Shown here: piece by piece, positions 54,179 to 59,724 of the stretch
How the letters are laid out: the number at the start of each line of letters is the position of its first letter
Position numbering within the stretch: the stretch's first letter is position 1
Source: Bacteroidia bacterium
GTDB taxonomy: Bacteria; Bacteroidota; Bacteroidia; Bacteroidales; VadinHA17
NCBI GenBank assembly: GCA_026391515.1
Contig: JAPLEC010000457.1
Span: 1-59,724 of the forward strand
Direction: 5' to 3'
DNA: 59,724 nucleotides
The notes under the pieces: model-generated
Told to the model about the DNA's origin: nothing
Seen by the model: only the letters and a program-made list of their open reading frames with translations
Database searches by the model: none
Position numbers and translations under genes: made by a program

Positions 54179-54844
54179 TTACATATTTAGATATTTCATC
54201 AGGAGATCAAATCTTTCGGAATAAAACCGGTCAATAGAATCATTTGTGGTAACCCATGTTTTTACATCGTAGTTATATCTTTCAAAAGTCCTGATCAATG
54301 ATAAAAGATCCGTTGTATTGACTTTTAAGGTAACCTCAAGCCGTGTTGATTCTTTTGGAGAAGTAATATACATGCTAAGCACCTTAACATTATTACTTTC
54401 AACAATCTGGGCTATCTGCGAAAGCGAATAATCCGTTTCAATCATTTCAAGGACTATAATTCCTCCGGGTTGATCCATGGATGAGATTCCGGCAATATGT
54501 CTTATAAGGTCACTTGTCGTTATTAATCCCTTGTAGTGTTTCTGGTTATCAAGCACAGGAACTACAGACAGCTTAAGCTGTGATGCAAGCCCGATGACTT
54601 CAAAAAGGTGCTGGTCAGAAGTAACATAAGGTTTTAATAATGTAAGCTCATGATTACCAATTGGTTCTTCAGGCTGATTCATATCATAAATGTCTGTATC
54701 GGATATGAGCCCGAGAAAATCCTGGTTGTTCACTATCGGTAAATGGGATATCCGGAATATCTCCATCCAGTTCAAGGCTGTCTGCCCTGTATCGGATGTT
54801 TTCAGCGATGGAATAATCTCGGATATCAAGTCGTTCGCAACCAT
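54179..54844 (-). CDS. CBS domain-containing protein
   Basis: 221 aa. CBS pair (HLPIVNNQDFLGLISDTDI ; VPVLDNQKHYKGLITTSDL) plus an ACT-like tail. Confidence 0.7.
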   Translation of the reverse strand: MVANDLISEIIPSLKTSDTGQTALNWMEIFRISHLPIVNNQDFLGLISDTDIYDMNQPEEPIGNHELTLLKPYVTSDQHLFEVIGLASQLKLSVVPVLDNQKHYKGLITTSDLIRHIAGISSMDQPGGIIVLEMIETDYSLSQIAQIVESNNVKVLSMYITSPKESTRLEVTLKVNTTDLLSLIRTFERYNYDVKTWVTTNDSIDRFYSERFDLLMKYLNM

Positions 54845-54890
54845 TCAGGTTAATTTTCAACTAAATTAATAAAAAAAGCGTCAGTTCTAT

Positions 54891-54898
54891 TAATTTTG
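54891..54898 (+). promoter_or_regulatory. -7 box TAATTTTG upstream of pdxJ
   Basis: Matches TAnnTTTG, 41 nt upstream of the ATG at 54939. Confidence 0.4.
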
Positions 54899-54938
54899 CA
54901 TTACTAATAACTATACGAATAATCAATATATTTATTTT

Positions 54939-55655
54939 ATGACCAGGCTTAGTGTTAACATAAATAAAATTGCAACTTTGCGAAATGCAAGAGGAGGGAA
55001 TATTCCAAATGTCCTTAATGCAGCAATAAACTGCCAATTATTCGGTGCCGATGGTATTACGGTTCATCCGCGGCCCGACGAACGGCATATCAGGTACAAG
55101 GATGTCCTTGAAATAAGACCAATAATTAAAACTGAATTCAACATAGAAGGTAATCCCTCAGACAGTTTTATCGACCTTGTGCTCTCTGTCAAACCCGATC
55201 AGGTGACCCTTGTCCCCGACAGGCATGATGCAATTACATCAAATGCCGGCTGGGATACGTTGAAAAACAGAACCTTTCTTACAGATGTTGTTTCAACCTT
55301 TAAGAAAGCTGGAATCAGAACATCACTTTTTATTGATACACAAGCAGTTAATATTGAAAATGCTGTGGTTACCGGAACAGACAGGGTCGAACTTTACACT
55401 GAGCCTTATGCTTCGGGTTTCAATAAAAATGCCATTGAAGCTATAACACCCTTTATTAGAGCAGCAGAAATAGCCAGAGATGCTGGTCTGGGGGTTAATG
55501 CTGGACACGATCTTAATCTTGATAATCTTGCCTACTTTCATAAAAACATACCATGGCTCCTTGAAGTCTCTATCGGGCATGCACTTATCTCTGATGCTCT
55601 TTATCTTGGCCTTGAAAATACAATCCAGATGTATAAAAGGCAATTAACCGGCTGA
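54939..55655 (+). CDS. pdxJ: pyridoxine 5'-phosphate synthase
   Basis: 238 aa. [30 protein letters not shown] and NAGHDLN motifs. Confidence 0.93.
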   Translation: MTRLSVNINKIATLRNARGGNIPNVLNAAINCQLFGADGITVHPRPDERHIRYKDVLEIRPIIKTEFNIEGNPSDSFIDLVLSVKPDQVTLVPDRHDAITSNAGWDTLKNRTFLTDVVSTFKKAGIRTSLFIDTQAVNIENAVVTGTDRVELYTEPYASGFNKNAIEAITPFIRAAEIARDAGLGVNAGHDLNLDNLAYFHKNIPWLLEVSIGHALISDALYLGLENTIQMYKRQLTG

Positions 55656-55662
55656 CAGGAAC

Positions 55663-56463
55663 ATGAAATTATTTTACAGGAAATACGGGGAAGGACCACC
55701 GCTTGTAATACTTCATGGATTATATGGTTCCTCGGACAACTGGGTTTCAATTGCAAAAAAGCTCGTCAATAATTTTACTGTATATCTTCCCGACCAGAGA
55801 AACCACGGACAATCTCCGCACTCAGATGTGCATGATTATGATTCCATGAGCAATGATCTTCATGAGTTTGTCATTGAACTTAATCTGAAGAAGTTCTTTC
55901 TGGCCGGACACAGCATGGGAGGCAAAACTGCGGTCCGTTTTGCGCTCAGATGGCCTGAAATGCTTGAAGGACTGCTGGTTGCAGACATTTCTCCGTTTGA
56001 GACAAAAGCCAGATATACGGAATATTATAATCAGCACCTGACAATCCTTAAAACCCTCGCGAAAATTGATATCTCGGAAGCCAGATCAAGAGCTGAAGTG
56101 GAAAAATTGTTTGCAGAAAAAATCAGTTCCGTACGAATAAGAAAATTGATTTTGAAAAACATCCATAGAAGTGATGAAGGAAAACTTTCGTGGAAAATCA
56201 ATAATGCATCTCTTCTGAAAAATATTGATAAGATAATGGACAGTGTTGTTGCTAAAAACGAGATTTTGGAACCAGTAACCGGTTTTCCTGTCATTTTTCT
56301 GAAAGGAGAAAAATCGGATTATATTCCTCCCGAAGATTTCAGTCTCATTCTCCGGTTATTTCCTGCCGTGGAATTCAGAGTCATAAAAGATGCCGGGCAC
56401 TGGATTCACGTTGACAACCCGGAGGCAGTAATTACTGAAATTAATAATCTGCTGAATAATTGA
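55663..56463 (+). CDS. alpha/beta-fold hydrolase
   Basis: 266 aa. LHGLYGSSDNW and the nucleophile elbow GHSMGG. C-terminal GHWIH. Confidence 0.8.
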   Translation: MKLFYRKYGEGPPLVILHGLYGSSDNWVSIAKKLVNNFTVYLPDQRNHGQSPHSDVHDYDSMSNDLHEFVIELNLKKFFLAGHSMGGKTAVRFALRWPEMLEGLLVADISPFETKARYTEYYNQHLTILKTLAKIDISEARSRAEVEKLFAEKISSVRIRKLILKNIHRSDEGKLSWKINNASLLKNIDKIMDSVVAKNEILEPVTGFPVIFLKGEKSDYIPPEDFSLILRLFPAVEFRVIKDAGHWIHVDNPEAVITEINNLLNN

Positions 56464-56467
56464 CACT

Positions 56468-56562
56468 GGTGCCGATTTGGCTTTGCCGAGCTCGGCCCGC
56501 TAAAGCGGTCCTCGGTTGCAATTGGTGTCAACCAAAAAAGGCACGGATTAAAAATCCGCGCC
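56468..56562. repeat. MITE/REP-like element, copy 2
   Basis: Shares GGTGCCGATTTG, GCAATTGGTGTC and AAAGGCACGGATTAaAAATCCGCGCCAGCA with 43218..43307. Carries extra internal palindromes GCCGAGCTCGGC and CCGC-taaa-GCGG. Confidence 0.8.
56533..56562 (-). terminator. intrinsic terminator candidate for the exonuclease/udk transcript
   Basis: The minus strand reads GGCGCGGATTtttAATCCGTGCC followed by TTTTTTGG. Confidence 0.5.
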
Positions 56563-56579
56563 AGCAAAAAGTTACAGAA

Positions 56580-57305
56580 TTAAAAGACTGTCACCGACTC
56601 AATCTTATCCTCCGGTATTCCCGGAAGATTCATGAAACGCAGAAGTATCTGGGCAATGGCGACAACGTCCTTTTCACAATAGCGGACTATTCTGCCTATA
56701 TCTTTTTCGTTGTAATAAACATCTGCCACCATACTGCCGTCTATATCATCCTTCGGTGAAGGTATTCCAAGGATGGACGTCAGAAGATCGAGGGAAGTGT
56801 AATTCTTATAATCGCCGAATTTCCATAGATCCATGGTATCAAGCAGTTTAACCTCCCAGGGTTTTTTACCGGCATTATCAAGTATTTCAGGAATAATAAG
56901 TTTATTGATGATCATCCTTCGTGCAATATAAGGAAAGTCGAATTCCCTTCCATTATGAGCACAAAGCTGAGCCTCTTTTTTTGAATGTGAAAATTTCGTA
57001 AGCATCTCAGAAAATTCTGTAAGAATAACTTTTTCATCATCATTAAAAAAAGATTTAAGCCTGAAGGTGAATGGATTCTTATCCTTAATGTAACCTACTG
57101 ATATACAGATTATTCTACCGAATTCAGAATAAATGCCAGCTCTTTCATAAGCATCTTCAGCTGACTGATCAGGAGCCCGGAATAACTTCGATTTCTTGTC
57201 CCAGTGAGCCTGCATCCGGGGATTAAGTTCACTCATAGACGATGCCTGGGGTACTGTTTCAATATCGAGAAACAATATATCTTCTACTTTAATATTTTCG
57301 AGCAT
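56580..57305 (-). CDS. 3'-5' exonuclease, PolB-exonuclease-like (DEDDy) stand-alone protein
   Basis: 241 aa. ExoI FLDIET, ExoII HNGREFDFPY and ExoIII YCEKDV. Confidence 0.7.
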   Translation of the reverse strand: MLENIKVEDILFLDIETVPQASSMSELNPRMQAHWDKKSKLFRAPDQSAEDAYERAGIYSEFGRIICISVGYIKDKNPFTFRLKSFFNDDEKVILTEFSEMLTKFSHSKKEAQLCAHNGREFDFPYIARRMIINKLIIPEILDNAGKKPWEVKLLDTMDLWKFGDYKNYTSLDLLTSILGIPSPKDDIDGSMVADVYYNEKDIGRIVRYCEKDVVAIAQILLRFMNLPGIPEDKIESVTVF

Positions 57306-57930
57306 ATTTTTGAGTTTTTTTCTTTTTCAAATGTTTTTCAATAATTGAGATGAGCATTTCTATGCCGATCTGGTTTTCTCCTCCGCCGGGTATTATGATA
57401 TCGGCATATCGTTTCGATGGTTCAATAAACTGAAGATGAGAAGGTTTAACGGTATCGTGATATCTTTCAAGCACCTTTAGTACGGAACGCCCGCGCTCGA
57501 CAATATCACGTTGAATTACCCTTCCCAGCCGGTCATCTGCGTCGGCATCCACAAATACTTTTATATCAAGCATCTTACGCAAACCCGGGTCTGCAAGTAT
57601 CAGGATACCTTCAATAAGCACAACCTTAGCCGGTTTAATTGTAATGGTTTCCTTCGACCTCACACAAGTCAGATACGAATAAATGGGCATCTCGACAGAC
57701 TTCCCTTTTTTAAGTTGTTTAAGATGATCGATCAGAAGACTGAATTCCAGAGAGTCAGGATGGTCAAAATTGATCTTTTGTCTCTCCTCAAGCGGGATAT
57801 GACTATTGTCCTTATAATAAGAGTCCTGAGGCATTACAATTACTTCGCCGCCTGGGAGACCTTCCATCAGCTTTCTGATTACTGTAGTTTTCCCGCACCC
57901 TGTACCGCCAGCTATTCCAACAATCAGCAT
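57289..57930 (-). CDS. udk: uridine kinase
   Basis: 213 aa. P-loop GIAGGTGCGKTT, with typical length and motifs. Overlaps the downstream gene by 17 nt. Confidence 0.9.
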   Translation of the reverse strand: MLIVGIAGGTGCGKTTVIRKLMEGLPGGEVIVMPQDSYYKDNSHIPLEERQKINFDHPDSLEFSLLIDHLKQLKKGKSVEMPIYSYLTCVRSKETITIKPAKVVLIEGILILADPGLRKMLDIKVFVDADADDRLGRVIQRDIVERGRSVLKVLERYHDTVKPSHLQFIEPSKRYADIIIPGGGENQIGIEMLISIIEKHLKKKKTQKYARKY

Positions 57931-57973
57931 TTATTTGTAATTTTGCATACAATAATGATCAAAAATAAGTAAA

Positions 57974-58060
57974 AGTTTGGAGTTTGACGAACGAAGTTTG
58001 AGGAATGAAATGACGAAATCCCGAGAATCGGGAGAGGAAATCCCGGGGAACGGGGGAGCC
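57974..58060. repeat. AGTTTG direct repeats plus two GAAATCCCG hairpins in a divergent promoter region
   Basis: AGTTTG at 57974, 57981 and 57994. TCCCGA-gaa-TCGGGA (58019..58033). TCCCG-gggaa-CGGGG (58041..58055). The first hairpin resembles AATCCCGAGTACTCGGGA of the 1740 family. Confidence 0.65.
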
Positions 58061-58088
58061 ATAGTTTGTAATTATTAACCACAACTGA

Positions 58089-59099
58089 ATGTCAGAACTT
58101 TACCCGATTAAATTTGAACCTGTATTAAAAGAAAAGATCTGGGGAGGAACGACCCTGGTCAGTCGTTTTCATAAAAATGCCAATCCTGATATTAAGTATG
58201 GTGAAAGCTGGGAATTATCAGCAGTATCTGACAATCTTTCAATTGTAAGTAACGGTTTCCTTGCCGGAAACAAAATTGAAGAGCTTATAGAAGTTTATAT
58301 GGGCGACATAACTGGAGATGCTGTTTTCGAGAAGTTCGGCAATGAATTCCCTTTGCTTATAAAGCTGATTGAAGCAAGAGAAGATCTCTCAATCCAGGTT
58401 CATCCGGACAATAAGATGGCTAAAGAGAGACACAAGGCGTATGGTAAAACTGAAATGTGGTATATCCTTGAAAGTGAGAGGAACTCAAAGATTTTTACCG
58501 GTTTTAAAGAACCTTTAAGTAAGGAGATTTATTTAAATGCAATGAAAACCGGAGATCTTCCGGGACTCCTGAATATTGAGAATCCTGTACCGGGAGATGT
58601 TTTTTTCACTCCGGCAGGCAGAATACACGCAATAGGTGGAGGCATTATGCTTGTTGAAATTCAGCAAACCTCCGATATCACCTACAGGATTTTTGACTGG
58701 AACAGGAAGGATATGAAAGGAAAATCAAGGGAGTTACATACTGAGCTGGCTCTTGATATTATTGATTTTAAGGCAGCAGGAAAGAATAAAATCTCAAAAC
58801 AACCGATTTTTAATAAAACTGAAAATCTTGTCAATTGTGAATTCTTTACTACAAACATCATAAGTTTCAATGAACGTATCAGTAAAGATTATAATCTTAT
58901 TGACTCCTTTGTAATCTATATTTGTACTGAGGGAGAATTCCTGATCCGTTGGGATGGTAATTCTGAACCCGTCTCAAAGGGTGAGACAGTTTTGCTTCCT
59001 GCTATTATAAAAGAGGTTATTCTGGAACCGTCACCTGAGTCAAAAGTACTCGAGGTTTTTATTAGTGAAGACTTAAATCAATATAAATCAAATAATTAA
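58089..59099 (+). CDS. manA: class I mannose-6-phosphate isomerase
   Basis: 336 aa. YPIKFEPVLKEKIWGG, LSIQVHPDN, KTEMWYIL and PAGRIHAIG cupin motifs. Confidence 0.88.
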   Translation: MSELYPIKFEPVLKEKIWGGTTLVSRFHKNANPDIKYGESWELSAVSDNLSIVSNGFLAGNKIEELIEVYMGDITGDAVFEKFGNEFPLLIKLIEAREDLSIQVHPDNKMAKERHKAYGKTEMWYILESERNSKIFTGFKEPLSKEIYLNAMKTGDLPGLLNIENPVPGDVFFTPAGRIHAIGGGIMLVEIQQTSDITYRIFDWNRKDMKGKSRELHTELALDIIDFKAAGKNKISKQPIFNKTENLVNCEFFTTNIISFNERISKDYNLIDSFVIYICTEGEFLIRWDGNSEPVSKGETVLLPAIIKEVILEPSPESKVLEVFISEDLNQYKSNN

Positions 59100-59104
59100 C
59101 TGCA

Positions 59105-59724
59105 ATGAAAATATTATCATACTTATCTTTTGTTCTCCTTATTCTATTTGCAGCTACCGGATGTACCGGGAAAGGATCAGGGAAAAAGGTATCCGAAACT
59201 TCCACTGTACCTGATACCGGGTTTACAGGAATTAAAAGATATACCAGTGGAATGTTTCTGATAAAGGAGGTAACATTTAAAAACGGAGTGCGTCAGGGAT
59301 TAATGAAAACTTTTTATCAGGACGGCCTGTTACGCATGACTTTCTGGTATGAAAACAATATGAGAGAGGACTCTTCATGCTTTTATTATCCCGATGGAAA
59401 GTTGTTCAGATCGACACCTTATGTACATGATACAGTTGACGGGATTGCAAGGCAATATTACACGAATGGGAGCATCAGAGCAAAGATCGGATACAAAAAA
59501 GGTTTTCGTACCGAGTTCTTTCAGGAGTTCGAAAATAATGGTAAACTATTTAGGGATTATCCCGAGGTTGTAGTCGGTTTAATGGATGAATATAAGTCAA
59601 CGGGTGTTTATCATATCATGCTCAGCTTATCAGATAAAAGTAAAAAGGTTAAATTTTACAGAGGCGATTTTACTGATGGCCGGTTTGATACTACAATGGT
59701 TAAGTCAATTAAAACTATTGATGG
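59105..59724 (+). CDS. lipoprotein with MORN-variant-like repeats (partial, continues past window end)
   Basis: Manual translation from ATG at 59105 gives MKILSYLSFVLLILFAATGC..., then repeated G..G....FY.DG.L segments. The frame is open to the window end. Confidence 0.5.
   Translation, partial: MKILSYLSFVLLILFAATGCTGKGSGKKVSETSTVPDTGFTGIKRYTSGMFLIKEVTFKNGVRQGLMKTFYQDGLLRMTFWYENNMREDSSCFYYPDGKLFRSTPYVHDTVDGIARQYYTNGSIRAKIGYKKGFRTEFFQEFENNGKLFRDYPEVVVGLMDEYKSTGVYHIMLSLSDKSKKVKFYRGDFTDGRFDTTMVKSIKTID

Overview
Low-GC Bacteroidota-type chromosomal window, probably Bacteroidales-like. Supporting signs are T9SS type-B C-terminal domains, PorP/SprF, the uppS-bamA-skp-skp-murI block, futalosine-pathway genes and TAnnTTTG -7 boxes. 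It is densely coding, with about 56 genes and no intergenic gap over about 265 bp. Most genes are housekeeping: ppdK (partial), xerD, aroQ, pyk, nth, aroB, aroC, tilS, proS, thiF/thiS, sod, mqnD/mqnB, queD/folE, fabD, korAB, murI, bamA, uppS, nadK, pdxJ, udk, manA. I saw no rRNA, tRNA or CRISPR array. The less ordinary content is as follows. (1) Two tandem giant paralogues (36727-43157) fuse receiver-like domains to a PPDK-type ATP-grasp domain and a conserved C-terminal module, with no recognisable phosphohistidine swivel motif. This is the best candidate for an uncharacterised signalling or enzymatic system. (2) An ECF sigma gene is translationally coupled to an anti-sigma-like membrane protein that also carries PKD domains and a T9SS type-B sorting domain, and a PorP/SprF gene follows. 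(3) A secreted tripartite low-complexity protein has Tyr/aromatic-rich, Asn/Gly-rich and Ser/Arg-rich segments. (4) One rve-type IS has an A_AAA_AAG -1 frameshift site and mirrored triple subterminal repeats. (5) Several families of GC-rich palindromic REP/MITE-like elements are scattered through the intergenic regions, and some have been absorbed into gene 3' ends. All functional calls rest on motif recognition by eye. No database search was run.
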